A DNA stretch of 64,000 nucleotides, from assembly GCA_002269645.1 (NCBI GenBank), contig NIVC01000027.1, positions 372,001 through 436,000 of the forward strand, read 5' to 3'. Shown here in pieces: positions 1 to 12,212 of the stretch (its first letter is position 1; each line of letters starts with the position of its first letter). A model generated the notes under the pieces. That model was not told the DNA's origin and made no database searches. It saw only the letters and a program-made list of their open reading frames with translations. The translations under genes were made by a program, and so were the position numbers. Origin of the DNA: Macrostomum lignano. Its lineage: Eukaryota.

Positions 1-159
1 CTCGTGCCCAGGATTTGGATTATTGTTTTTATCCAACTGAATTTCAAGTGGATTCAAAGGCCCGCAATATTTATAGCCGGGAAGTGTCCAGCCTTTGTTT
101 GGATGAGGAAGCTTTTCTATCAGTCCATGTGAATCTAACTTACCACCAGAGCGTTGCAT
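1..159 (-). CDS. 5' part of parvovirus-type PLA2 gene (copy 1, runs off the window)
   Basis: Matches 14134-14292 (MQRSGGKLDSHG...LPGYKYCGPLNP). Confidence 0.85.
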   Translation of the reverse strand, partial: MQRSGGKLDSHGLIEKLPHPNKGWTLPGYKYCGPLNPLEIQLDKNNNPNPGHE

Positions 160-189
160 TATTTTATTTTAAATTTTCTTTTTAAAAAA

Positions 190-1170
190 ATGACAGATCA
201 GAAACTTAAAAAACTCAACTACAGCGACAAAGGATTCTTTGTAGGAAAAAATGCAGTCACCAAACTCGCAGAACTAAGTGAGGAACCAAAAGGTAAAGTA
301 GAAAAGTGGCTCTCTAAGCAAGCAGTCTACCAAGTCTATTTCCCACCAGTAAAATTTACAAGACCTCACTTTAGCATCTATAAACCTAATGAAGCGCACC
401 AAGCAGATCTTTTGTTTCTCCCCAACGACTCAGGCTACAAGTATGCTCTTACAATTACAGACGTTGCCTCCAGATATAAGGAAGCGAGACCGCTTAAGAC
501 GAAGAAGTCAGAAGCAGTTGCAGCCGCCCTCCAAGATATTTATAAAAACTCTCCGCTCACATACCCCCAAATCTTTATGACCGACCCGGGTAAAGAATTC
601 TTTGGGGCAGTGAAATCACTTCTACATAAGTATGACGCAGAACTGAGCTCCACAGAGATCAGGCTTTTGTGGAAAGATTCAATCTAACTCTAGCCAAGAG
701 GCTATTCACTAAGCAGACAGCTGAAGAGCTGAAAATAAAAAAGTGGTCAGTACTATTCAAAATAGACAGACCGCCTCCCCACTGTTATAGAGCAACTGAA
801 CAATGAAGTCACACGCATGACTGGATTGAAACCGTCCCATGCAATTAAACAAGACACTGTCGAACTTAAATCATCTCATAGAACAGACACCTCGAACTAC
901 CCTAAGCTTCCAGGAGTTGAATCACCATACATACTGACAAACTCTGAGTTTCTACGCTTTTTATATCTACCTGGAGAGCTAGAGAAGGACACTAAAAGAA
1001 GAGCTACAGATCCATACTTCAGCCTTGATGTACATAAAATAGACAGACATTTTACATCCGACTCCGGTGACTATTACTTTTTATCTCAGGCTTTTAACCC
1101 TAAATCCCCCACGCGGTCATTCACTAGAGCTGAACTCCTAGTGATACCAGCTGACACAGAAATTAATTAA
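190..1170 (+). pseudogene. Polinton rve integrase, copy 1, frameshifted
   Basis: Homologous to 14323-15360. A deletion near 630-645 shifts the frame before the catalytic E (HRDQAFVERFN lies in another frame). Confidence 0.9.
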
Positions 1171-1186
1171 AATATTAAAATAAAAA

Positions 1187-1633
1187 ATGACAAAGATTGA
1201 AACCAGAACCATCAATAAACTCAATAAAATCATTGAATCAAAGAAACCAGGTCTTATATCAATTAAAGGTATCAAAGTAAAAATCGATCCCACGCAGCAA
1301 ATAGTTCAGTGTAATGAACAAAGACACAGCATCACAGATGAAAAGTCAGGAGGAATCCTACCATTAGCAGCTCTTATCCCAATCATTGCAGGCGCTGTAA
1401 GTGCCGCAGGTGGTGTAGCTGGAGGTGTAGCAACTGCTGTTAAAGCTGGTAATGATAGAGCCCACCAGCTTGAATTGCAAAAGATTGCAAGAGACAAAGG
1501 TATAACAATTAAGGCAGGAGAGGGCTGCCCCGATCGTGATGATTGTGAGCATGAAAATTCTGTAAGCAAGTCTGACATTGTCAAAGCCATCATGACACTC
1601 CACAATGCTGGGTTTACAATAATGCGCATGTGA
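1187..1633 (+). CDS. Adenovirus protein X-like core protein (copy 1)
   Basis: Same protein as 15377-15823, with the KSGG-ILPLAALIPIIAGAV motif. Confidence 0.75.
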   Translation: MTKIETRTINKLNKIIESKKPGLISIKGIKVKIDPTQQIVQCNEQRHSITDEKSGGILPLAALIPIIAGAVSAAGGVAGGVATAVKAGNDRAHQLELQKIARDKGITIKAGEGCPDRDDCEHENSVSKSDIVKAIMTLHNAGFTIMRM

Positions 1634-1756
1634 TGAGGTTTAAAATCCCACTTTATCCAGCTTCATGAACCTAACGCTACTTATAGGATGTAGAAACAGT
1701 TCAACTTTTCTACCAGGGTGGTCACCCTCAATTTTTTTTATATTTTAGAGAAAAAA

Positions 1757-2868
1757 ATGCCAAAAGCCAATCCAGCAAAAGATTTAGTCAACAAATATTT
1801 TTCAAAAGGCGTCTCATTTCAAGACAAAAGTAATTTACTAAGAGAATCATGTAAACAAAAGTTTAACACCGACCCTGGTCACCTGGGAAGCTATGAAAAA
1901 CAGTTGGAAATCATCAATCAATTAGAATCCAACCAGTATGCGCCTATAAAAAATCCTGCAAAGGAACACCAAGAGAGGAGTCGCAACTTAGTTAACAAAT
2001 ACGAAACTCTCACTGGTGAAAAAGCAAAGTACCCACAAAATAAGCAGGAACAAGAGAAATTAGAGCAATTAATCCATTTAAAAGAGTCGGAGCTTGCCAT
2101 TGAAGAGATTAATTTTGCACAGAGGAAGTTTACAGAACATTACGTAGAGTACACAATCCCAATTAAGGATACCACCGCAAACATCTTCGACTATAAAGAC
2201 AGCATCCAATCAGTTGTTGATCACACACTCAAAACACGCAAGAAATTTAAACTACAGATATCATTCAAGATTGCGTTTTATATGCCTGCAAAACCCACTG
2301 AGCATCTCGAGTATTACATGACAACAAAGGCGAAGCCATTCACCCCTACAGACACACTAGATCCTTTCCTTCAAGATGTCACTAAGAAAATTGAAGCGTT
2401 TACATCCAGAGGTTCCGGATGGGTCGTGGGAGGGATTCAAAGAGCGACTGCCATGGTCATGAAATATGACCCACTTAAAGCCTCCTCTTATATAGAGCTC
2501 CCGCATAAGCTTGCCGGCAAAAAAGCTTGCATAAATGTTAAAAATAAAGACAATTGCTGTGCTCTATGGGCAGTTCTTTCTGCACTTCTTCATGAAAGTG
2601 TCCCTCACCACCCTGAAAGAACCTCAAATTATCAAAATTATTTCAAGGACTATCTCATCGAATGTGAAAAGAAGGGAATCAGGTTTGACAAAGGAGGCTT
2701 GGCGATTTCTCAGATCCCTAAGCTAGAAGAAGTGTTTAATAACAAAATTAGAATCACAGTCTTTGAGTGGAGTGAAAAAACTGAGAAAGTTCAACCGGTC
2801 AGATGTAGCAAAGACGTTTTAGATCCTGAAAGGGAAAAGGCGGATTGAAGTGGATCTTCTAGTGATTG
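1757..2868 (+). pseudogene. N-terminal fragment of protein-primed PolB (copy 1)
   Basis: Matches 15947-17057 (GSGW and INVKNKDNCC motifs). Truncated before HYVWIK. Confidence 0.9.
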
Positions 2869-5544
2869 AAGGCTGTGAGGCTGAGTGGGTCTGGATGAAG
2901 CTGTGAGGCTGAGTGACAGGGGGACGAAGCTCCGAGTGGAGCATAGTCGTCTTAGCTCGTCTGGACGATTTTGACCCGCTATATATCTTTCGTGGAAAAA
3001 ATACAATCACTAATATCCTCACATTGTAACAATTTTGTGTTAAGACCTCAATGAAAAAGTTTTTTTGTTCTTATTGTTTCTGCTCTAGTTCCTCAACGCT
3101 GCGTCCTAGACTAATGTTAGATTGCGCGACAAATGAAGCCGTTTTTAGCAAGGGACGGAGCGACTTTCACTACAGCAGATACTGTGTCCGTGGATCGAAT
3201 ACTCGAATTCTCGAACTTAAGCTGCTGCAGTGCTGTCAAGCCTACTCATAACCGAAGTATAATCTGCAACATTGAACAGTTGCCACTCTATGCGCCAGTG
3301 AGCACTTTCTCTTGGACTATTCTGAGATAAAAGATACGAGAAAACTGATCGTGGTAGCTTTAATCCGTTCAACCCCCGCACACCGCTCCCCGCACTTCAT
3401 TCATCAACTCAAGTCTGCCTTGGCGTAGCAAAGTTGCGTCACTCGCAAAGATTGAGCCAAGGGGATACTTTACAAGTACCTGCACTCTCAAAAGTAGCGA
3501 CCACAGACGGAATCTTCCGTAATGGCGACTGAGTATAGTTTTCGGTTATTCCGACTATTGTGCAATCAAGACAACTGAGTGAAACGCTATGAGAAAACTG
3601 TTTTCACTATTTTAAAACAAACTAACATTTGTTCCCAATTTTTCAAGGAATTTTCTCAGAAAGATTTTTTGCCGCAGATTTGTAGAGGTTTAGCAGTCGA
3701 AGGCTCTGTTCCTTTGAGTCAATCGAATGATTGAATAGGCTTAAAATAATTCTATTTCTTTATTAATGGAGTTTCCGGAAGGTTCTGCAAAAACGTGTGT
3801 CGTTATAACAAAACTAAGTTGTATGTACGTATTGCTTAAAAAGTGGCTTAGCGCTACAGTACAAGAGTTCCTGGAAATTAATAATTTACTATGCATAGAC
3901 GGTGAAGGAATAATATTTTGAACTTGATGGAAATTTCAGGAAAAGCGTAGAATATTTAATAGTACAATAATCGGGTAATTTATACTATTCATACGCTAAA
4001 GAAAGTTCGGGAAGGTCACTACAGATTGTCCAACATAGAAATTTGCATAATGGGGGGGGGCACGGATTCAGAGAATGAGAGCGGGACTCCGCAGTGACCG
4101 GCGCCACCCGAGAATCAAAGAGATAGCCGACCCCTCTGAAGATCACACTGAGCCCATGGACGCCTCACTGTCATGGCCAGCCTTGTTTTATTTTAATCGT
4201 GGGCACAGTCATCATAAAGCCTGTTAGAGTCTCATCATCTTTTTGCACGGAAATCACATACTAGTACGATCCTTACTGAAGTAGTAATTATTGATGCATC
4301 ATTAAGTTACTTTCATCGCATCATCAAGAAGTTTTAAACAGAACTCAAAGTTAATCACTTGATAGTTCTAGCTTTTGTCTTAATCAAAACAATATGTCGA
4401 TGGAGGGTATTCGGACTGGCATCGGTTGACGCCTCCAGAAGTAGTGAGGCGGAAACCATGGGAGATCAATGTGCCAGCAGTCAAGGAAATCGTCTCATAT
4501 TGCGCGTCGTAAGCAATCTGAAATAAAGAGAGACTGTTATTAACGGCAGCTACACGTCAACTGCGCGATCGGTTGATAAAGCATATTTTAGCAGGACAAC
4601 CGGACGGAACTGTGTCAGTGCTCAGAGCAATGATACGGGTACGCCGCCCAGGCAGGCTGCTCGAGGTCCTCGTATTCTTTCGTGTTGTTACTGGTATTGT
4701 TTTTTTTCTTACGCTAGTGAGGGTCAAGCTTCCTGAGGAAATGGCTCAGCAGCTGCGCGGCGTGCCGGCGCCAATGGCCACCTGCGCATCCTGCCAGCTT
4801 TAGCCGGTATGGCTCGCCGCTTGGCTTTAAGCGTGCCCCTCCCCAGCCGTGCGTCCTGCCCCGTGCTCTGTGCTTGGTTGGCTGCGGTCAGGCTGACTGT
4901 GGTGCAAGTGCTGGACACGGCTATGGGCGGGGTTGTGATTGGCTGACGGCCCTTTGCGCGGTTTTACGGGCTTAGGATCAGCATTCAGGAATTATAAATA
5001 ATTTGTGACTCGCGCTACCGCAGAAAATATTTCAGTTTTCTTTGAGACAGAATATAAAATACGTTCCGCAACAGTATCCTCAAATCTTGTCGAATGATGG
5101 ATTCAAGGAGCTGAGGAAAGCATTTTAGATGACTAAACAAACTCCAGTAGTGGGCAGCATAGCAGACCGTCTCGAATTCGAGATGGAGAAGTTGATATTG
5201 ATCCACCAAAGCACGACACTTACTTGCTGTCCATCATTCTTAGTACAATGCAAGGAGTGTTCGATACTCTCACCAAAACGCAGTGAACTCACAAACAAAG
5301 GAGTCCCTCCGGAGTGGCTCGTTCGTCGCTGGTGAGGGGATGTGGCATCACAAGAGTGCATTGCTGATATGGCCATGTGTTGAGCAGTCCGTCGATGGTA
5401 TTTTCCAATTAAGACAGTTTCATTTCTTGCGCCTCAAAACTAAATAGAAATACACAGACTTGAGCACGACTCTGGGGCATCGACGCCCATTTATTTTTTT
5501 ACGCCATAGGCCCCAGAGTGTTCAGCCTCCCGGCACGACACAAA

Positions 5545-5640
5545 CCGCCAGCGTCAGGTAGAGCCTCGGACTGCAGGACATCAGAAAAAATGGCAGACAA
5601 AGCAAGACCGCGGCAACACTGCAGATCCTCACGGCCTGTC
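5545..5640 (-). mobile_element. Decayed RTE-like LINE relic upstream of the WSC gene
   Basis: GGTAGAGCCTCGGACTGCAGGAC aligns by eye to 18202-18224 (GGTAGGGCCTCGGACTGCAGGAC) of the RTE-like RT. Confidence 0.6.
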
Positions 5641-5726
5641 GGCATCAGTCGACACGCATACCCACTACACTGAACTCTTATTAGTGCACTGGCTCTTATC
5701 CAACCAGATTGTTTCTAGAAAGCCGG

Positions 5727-5733
5727 TATAAAA
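5727..5733 (+). promoter_or_regulatory. TATA box of the WSC-PAN gene
   Basis: TATAAAA about 90 nt upstream of the ATG at 5816, conserved in the duplicate near 10779. Confidence 0.6.
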
Positions 5734-5815
5734 GCAAACAAAGACAGCTTTAATCATCGCTTCCTACACTCGTATGAGCAGCAGCAGAACTTAAATCCCA
5801 TCTGCTCAAGTAACT

Positions 5816-6531
5816 ATGCTGAGGACCATCGCCTGCATTGTGGGTCTAGCCGTCCCGGTGCTTTGTGTTGCCGGTAGAGTAACTCAGATGTCCTACATTG
5901 GCTGCTATATAGACGGTGAGACTAGAGACATGAAAGGACTCTCTGGAGTGAGCAAAATTGGACAGTTTAGCACGTCCGGCATCGCTGTGAGCAGTGCCAG
6001 CAGTATGACGCACGAGCTCTGCAGCAGCGTCTGCTCTCTGGGCGGCTTCCCGTACTTCGGAATTCAGGTCGGTGAGCAGTGCATGTGCAGCACCTCCTAC
6101 GGATCTCTGGGAGCTGCTAGCGAGACCGACTGCAACCGCGTTTGCACTGGGAACGGAGCTTCTAAATGCGGAGGCCCGTGGCGCAATTCCGTATTTGCTT
6201 TGACCTATCCTAGTAAGTTTTTATTACAACGATTTTATTAGAGTTTTCAAATGTAATTTCGGCACATTTTTTAAAAGTTTGTGTAATTCTTTTAGAGAAA
6301 CAGTACTTTGAGCAGTCGCAGAGGCCCAACCAGACGGTGGAGTCCATCCACAGCACCTACTGGACCAGCGCTGCCCGAACCGACATCGAGTGCATGGGGC
6401 TGTGCGAGGCCTCAGCTGCCTGCCAGGCTGTGATTTTCTCTGGCCAACAGCGCCTGTGCCACCTACTGAGGTTCGCCTACCCACCTGCCAGTCTGGGCAG
6501 CATCGATGGGGACTACTTCGTTCGTGGCTGA
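5816..6531 (+). CDS. Secreted WSC-domain + PAN/Apple-like protein, 2 exons (5816-6212, 6296-6531), ~210 aa
   Basis: Signal-peptide-like N-terminus. WSC pattern YIGCYIDG...CSSVC..GGFPYFGIQVGEQCMC...C..VCTGNGASKCGGPW. An 83-nt GT-AG intron joins in frame to a PAN-like C...C...CQAVIF...CHLL module. Confidence 0.85.
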
Positions 6532-9500
6532 CTGACTTTCGATTCCGGCAGCCAATTGATCTGATTTGAACGTAGACTGTTGTGTCCTTTTTCAGCACTG
6601 TAACGTGTGTTAACTGATACTGGAGTCTTAAAAAGTTTTAATTTGAGTGTGCTCTAAAATTGAAAGGAAACTATTGTATAAGCAAGCTATATAACAAAAA
6701 CTATATCAATAGCGAAAAACTATATAGCTATATAACTAAATAACAAGGGTCCAATGCGCTGGAGTTTTGTTCAATTTGAGTTTTTCTCACGGCCACAAAA
6801 AACTTAACAAGCTTCTTTTAATTAAAAAGTACCTTACTTGATTCACGCCTTGTTTGGAAAATAAGCTTTTAATCTTTATTAAGGCCTAATAATTTCGTCC
6901 GATTTGGTTTTTTCTTTATTCAAATTGGTGCGCGGTCGTAAGCAGACTAGTGAGGCAGCATGGTAGAGAATTTACACAGAATGACCGTAGAAAACAATGG
7001 ACAACAGAAAACCATTTGGCTTCAACTTTGAACCAAGGACTGCTTGGATTTCACAGTAGAAGGCATGGCTGAAGTAAAGAATGGCGCAGAGAGGGCAGGA
7101 CCATAAATCAGTCTAGTCGACAAAGAGACGACAGTGAATGCATGCGTGACTGTGGAATTGGAGTTTGATGATCGTGAAAGAAACCAAATTGATAGCAAAA
7201 AAAACAAAATTCGACCGGCTTAGTGCATTATGAATACGAGCGTATGAACTTTGCTGGGTCTTTGCAGCACATCAACTTGGACGCAGTCAAAATCAGAGGA
7301 AGCAAAATGGTGTATTCTTCGATACTTCCTAAAGACTATGAGCCAATTTTCGAGTAACCGAAATCAGTCAGACAGCACAAAAGTACGTGCGTAGTTTTGA
7401 ACTGGAATTTACGTGACAGTGATGACAAAGAGTACAGAACTCTGCAAAGCTGAGTCACTTTTACTGCAGCTTCAAATAGTACTGGTCAGCCGAAATGTAT
7501 TTCCTGGAAGTTTCCAATCATGAATTAAAGTGCACCCTGTCAAAGTTTAAATTATCAAACCATTTATTGGCCTGCGAAAGAATGAGGACTGCGAGACCAA
7601 AGATCCCTTGCGAGAACAGGACCTGTCCAAAGTGCCGTGTGGAGTGAAAGTGAAGTTCTCTTCCTGTTTAAGTGCCGTTGGAACTTTTTTAGAGCTCCTT
7701 GTAATAAATTTGAACAGGAAATCTCGGATAAGGTTTCAAAGTTATATAATTAGGTTCGTTACCTAAGAAGATATGGCCATCAAAGAGAAGAAGAACGAAC
7801 GCATGCGCAATGAGAGACGTCCTGAGCTCACTTCTTGCTTCTAGCCAGCCCAACCGGAAAGAAAGCATACAAAGAAGAGTTTCGATAGAAACAGTTTCAA
7901 CCGCCGCTGATTGCAGCAGAAATTTCATGGATTCGCGCATGAGCTGCAATAAACAGATGCCCAGAATTAGATGGCATTTAACTCAACCAGCGCGTTAAAA
8001 TCCTCACTCCGCCACCCAGCGACAGCAGAACGGGTTTCCATAGCAACCATGCTAGTAGCTAGTTTATCGCTTTTACGCTACACTCTATCTGGGCTGCATT
8101 CCCACTCAAAATATTGCGAATGCGTACCGTTGTAAAGGCGCTTCCCTTTGTGTCAAAGGAGAGGGAGTCTGGAGATTTCATAAAGGAAAGACAGGAGAGC
8201 CTCTAGCTCATATTTTCAGATCGGGATGAAAATCATACCGCTAGAGCCACACAGGCGGAAAATCGTACTTTTTAGGGGTAAACCTTAAGAGAAGACAAAA
8301 AATCGATTGAACTCGAGAGTTGCTTCTGATAGTCAGCTGAGACATGAATTTAGAGAACGCTCTTTGACATTATGCGGCGAGAAACCTAAAGAAAAAGCAC
8401 TAGGAAGCCCTGAAATATAGAAAAATTACCATATCTCTTTTTTAGAAATTGGTCATCGCATAAACACACTATGAAAAGCCGAACTGTTCCAAAAGTTTTG
8501 ATCGCAAGGATTTACACTGAAAAGCCGTAATCAGGTAATTTACGATGATGTAAGCAAGTAAGCAGGTTCCCGTTTGTATGGTCACAGGTGTCACGTTATT
8601 GGCGTGGTGACTACAACCCTTAAAAGGGCCGTTTTGACGAGAATTGTCGTTAAGTCGTTGTAGTCCAAAAGTAATTTCGAAGTCAATTCTTGCGAAGCGG
8701 ATTGTGTAGCGGAGCACTTGGCGTATAAAGGCAGGGGACTGCCGTAAGCTAATTTATTGTCGTTATTAATATGATAATTGGTTAATGTCAATACAAAACT
8801 TATAGCGTTCTGGGGCACTGGCGGCTGCAACAATGGTTTTGAATGTAATTGGAGTTATGAAGTCAAGCAGTTGACAAAAGATGCAGTGGCGACGCAGCGT
8901 GGTAAGTTATGGCAGTAAGCACAGTAATGGCAGTGAGTAGCAAGTAGACAGGCAGACAAGTAGTGGTGAGATTGGGCGTTAACCCGTGGCAGTAAACAGT
9001 GGAGCAAAAGTGCGTAGACAGTCTGGCCCAGACAGAGGAGGCCGTGGCGAGAGATAAGGAGAGAGAAGGAAATGACGGCACGCCAGAACAGAAGCGAAGA
9101 AACAAAAGGTGAAAAAAACCCAAGCCCGCCGCCAGGCGGGGTTAATAAAGGAGCGCAGGAGGGTTAACATAATATATGCGGAGAGTTATCATTGGCTGGC
9201 GAGGGAAAAACAAGAAACAGAAATTATCGATCGCGCGAGATTCTACAGACGTACGCAAAGCTTACAAAGTACGCAGTGATTTAGCAATTGATACAGATTA
9301 GTTGCGCGCTACTACAAGTAAACGTGAGAATACGAGATTGGAAAATTTGAATGAGAAATTGTAAGGAAAATTGTAGTCCAACGGCCCTTTTACGGGACCA
9401 CTTTAAACTAGCAAAGTCACACAGGTCTCCGGACTCTTGTGATCTCCTTCTCCTGGTAGAGACTGTGAGGCAATCACGTACTGGCGTTCTGCACTTTTAG

Positions 9501-10404
9501 CCGCAGAACGTGAAGGTCAGAAGCTTTCATAAATTTGGCTTTGAAATCTCGGGTGAAATGCAAGTTCCGATGCGCAAAATACAGAATAATTGATTTATGT
9601 TAATACGGCACTCACCCTACCATCTTTATTTGAAAGCGTACGCTCGTACATCATCAGTTTTTTAAAGAAATTGATAGTCTGAGTTTTTTTATTTAATCAG
9701 TGTTCACTTGTTGAATGAGTAAATCGTATAAACAGTTCAATACTATACATGTAATCCACCAGAGGGCTTGTGTCGTTATGCAAAATTCCTCATCTGGCTT
9801 CTTTATTTCATCAAGGTTTTCATATATGCCCATTGATGAGTATATCGGTGTGTTAGATGATTTGATGTCCAAAGAAAATGACCAATTGGAGCATAGAATT
9901 AGAGAAAACTCGTACGAATTCCGCTGCTTACAATGTACTTTCAGATTACAAAAAGGGAAAAAATCAAGCAATGATGAGAAGATTTACGAAATGTTACACG
10001 TATTTACACCGAGGATGAAGACAAGAAGCTTCTGGTGGGCCTTCACATGGAGGTCCTGCCATCTCTGTCTACCAGCCTCTTCACCAGCAGATAAAATACT
10101 GTGATGCAGCCGTCACTCCGATAGGCAGGTGGGTAGTTTTGACTGTAAGTGACTAAGAAGCTTTCCTCTAAAAATAAGGAAGCCAATTCAACCGACATCC
10201 CCGAGTCGGCCGAGTTCTGTTTGAAGTTATCGGAGTGAAGAGCATCGCCATGCCTACTAGGACTGAAAGTGGCCGTCGCTATATTTTCACTGTGTCGCTA
10301 TGGGAAGATCCAAAAGCACCTGCAATCTCCAGAAGAAGACCCTAAAGGCAGGAGACCGTAAAATGTAATTCCGCAATGGCGATAAATAACCGTGCTGGTA
10401 GTTC

Positions 10405-10650
10405 TCTCGTCGCTTACCTTGAAGGCGGCCTGCAACTGGCCAGCTTGCGCCACGTCAACTTTCTGTTCTAGCGAGTTCGGTCAGCGTCCAGGTCTGTGCG
10501 GCGAAGCAGGATCGCCTCGACCACCGCCTGGAAGAACGCAACCAACTAGCGATCAGGTAGGGTCTCGGACTGCAGTGCCACCTCAAATTGAAAGGCAGGC
10601 CAGGCAAACCGCGGCCACACTGCAGATCGTCACGGACGTTGGGAACCAGA
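10405..10650 (-). mobile_element. Decayed RTE-like LINE relic upstream of the WSC duplicate
   Basis: Colinear similarity to about 18055-18285 (TTGAAGGCGGC...TCAGCGTCCAGGTCT...ACCGCCTGGAA...GGTAGGG.CTCGGACTGCAG). Confidence 0.7.
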
Positions 10651-10862
10651 CAGCAGAGGCTGACATCGCGAAAGTTCCATCGCCTTTCGGTGTCAGGCAA
10701 ACTCTCAGTACGCTCAGTACACTGAAGTCTCATTAGTGCACTGGCTTTTATCCAACCAGATTGTTTTTAGAAAACCGGTATAAAAGAAGAAAAGTCATTT
10801 TCATATTTTGCTACACTCATATGAGCAGCAGCAGAACTGAAATCCCATCTGCTAAAGTAACT

Positions 10863-11575
10863 ATGCTGAAGACCATCACCTGCATTGTGGGTCTCGCCGT
10901 CCCGGTGCTTTGTGTTGCCGGTAGAGTAACTCAGATGTCCTACATTGGCTGCTATATAGACGGTGAGACTAGAGACATGAAAGGACTCTCTGGAGTGAGC
11001 AAAATTGGACAGTTTAGCACGTCCGGCATCGCTGTGAGCAGTGCCAGTATGACGCACGAGCTCTGCAGCAGCGTCTGCTCTTAGGGCGGCTTCCCGTACT
11101 TCGGTATTCAGCTCAGTGAGCAGTGCATGTGCAGCACCTCCTACGGATCTCTGGGAGCTGCTAGCGAGACCGACTGCAGCCGCGTCTGCACTGGGAACGG
11201 AGCTTCTAAATGCGGAGGCCTGTGGCGCAATTCCGTATTTGCTTTGACCTATCCTAGTAAGTTTTTATTACAACGTTTTTATTAGAGTTTTCAAATGTAA
11301 TTTCGGCACATTTTTTAAAAGTTTGTGTAATTCTTTTAGAGAAACAGTACTTTGAGCAGTCGCAGAGGCCCAACCAGACGGTGGAGTCCATCCACAGCAC
11401 CTACTGGACCAGCGCTGCCCGAACCGACATCGAGTGCATGGGGCTGTGCGAGGCCTCAGCTGCCTGCCAGGCTGTGATTTTCTCTGGCCAACAGCGCCTG
11501 TGCCACCTACTGAGGTTCGCCTACCCACCTGCCAGTCTGGGCAGCATCGATGGGGACTTCTTTGCTCGTGGCTGA
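10863..11575 (+). pseudogene. Duplicate WSC-PAN gene with premature stop
   Basis: Highly similar to 5816-6531 including the intron. CTG>TAG at 11082-11084 and a 3-nt deletion in exon 1. Confidence 0.85.
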
Positions 11576-11891
11576 CTGACTTTTGATTCTGGCAGCCCAT
11601 GGATTGGATGTGAAAAATAAACCAACTAATTGTTCAGTTTAAGGGGAAATAATTGTATCAAAATTGGCTTTGAAAAAAAGCTTTTGATTTAAAAATTGAT
11701 GTAATATTTTATCAGCTTTACATAGACTGCCCTGTCCATTTTCAAAATATGTACCGTGCTTACTGCTACTAGAGACTCAATTCGAGTGTACTTCGTATTT
11801 TATAGCAAACTACTCTACAAGTAAGATTAAATAATAACTAGGGTTTCTTTGTTTCTAAGTTTCTCTGTTATATTCAAGTTATTTTCTCTGG

Positions 11892-12180
11892 AGTAGAAGG
11901 CATGAGGGGGCTTCTGGGACAAAATTTTTCACGTCCTCCATAATCCACCTAAATCCATCCATATTATCCCTGACAGAATACATGACAGAATACCTGACAG
12001 AATGACAGAAGGGTTTATGCTCTGAGCATAATCCACTGACATCCACCCATAGCATTTTCGAAACAATCAGAAAATAATCTGCATTCTTATCCCCACATTC
12101 AATTCGCAACATGAAACCAGATCCCTAAGACTTTAAATCATCAGCGCAGGGTCCTTTCCCTTTGAGAAAATCTAAATTTT
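11892..12180 (+). repeat. Left terminal inverted repeat
   Basis: Imperfect reverse complement of 34013-34463. Confidence 0.93.
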
Positions 12181-12212
12181 TTCTGAATCTTGATTGTCTT
12201 TTATATGCTTAT

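Larger units (their letters stand above)
1..2868 (+). mobile_element. Truncated second copy of the Polinton (PLA2 5' part, integrase, pX-like, PolB N-terminus)
   Basis: Near-identical to 14134-17057. Similarity stops abruptly after GTGATTG at 2868, and the last ~40 nt carry several indels or substitutions. Confidence 0.95.

Noticed and set aside
5015-5400. Possible minus-strand coding fragment (QYQLLHLEFETVCYAAHYW...)
   Set aside because: Looks protein-like, but I could not assign a family or a consistent exon structure.
9632-9657. Hammerhead-like CTGATGA + GTAC-GAGC-GTAC hairpin on the minus strand
   Set aside because: The required GAAA after stem II is absent (GCTT).
9715-10104. 129-aa ORF
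   Set aside because: No recognisable motif, splice support or homolog in the window.
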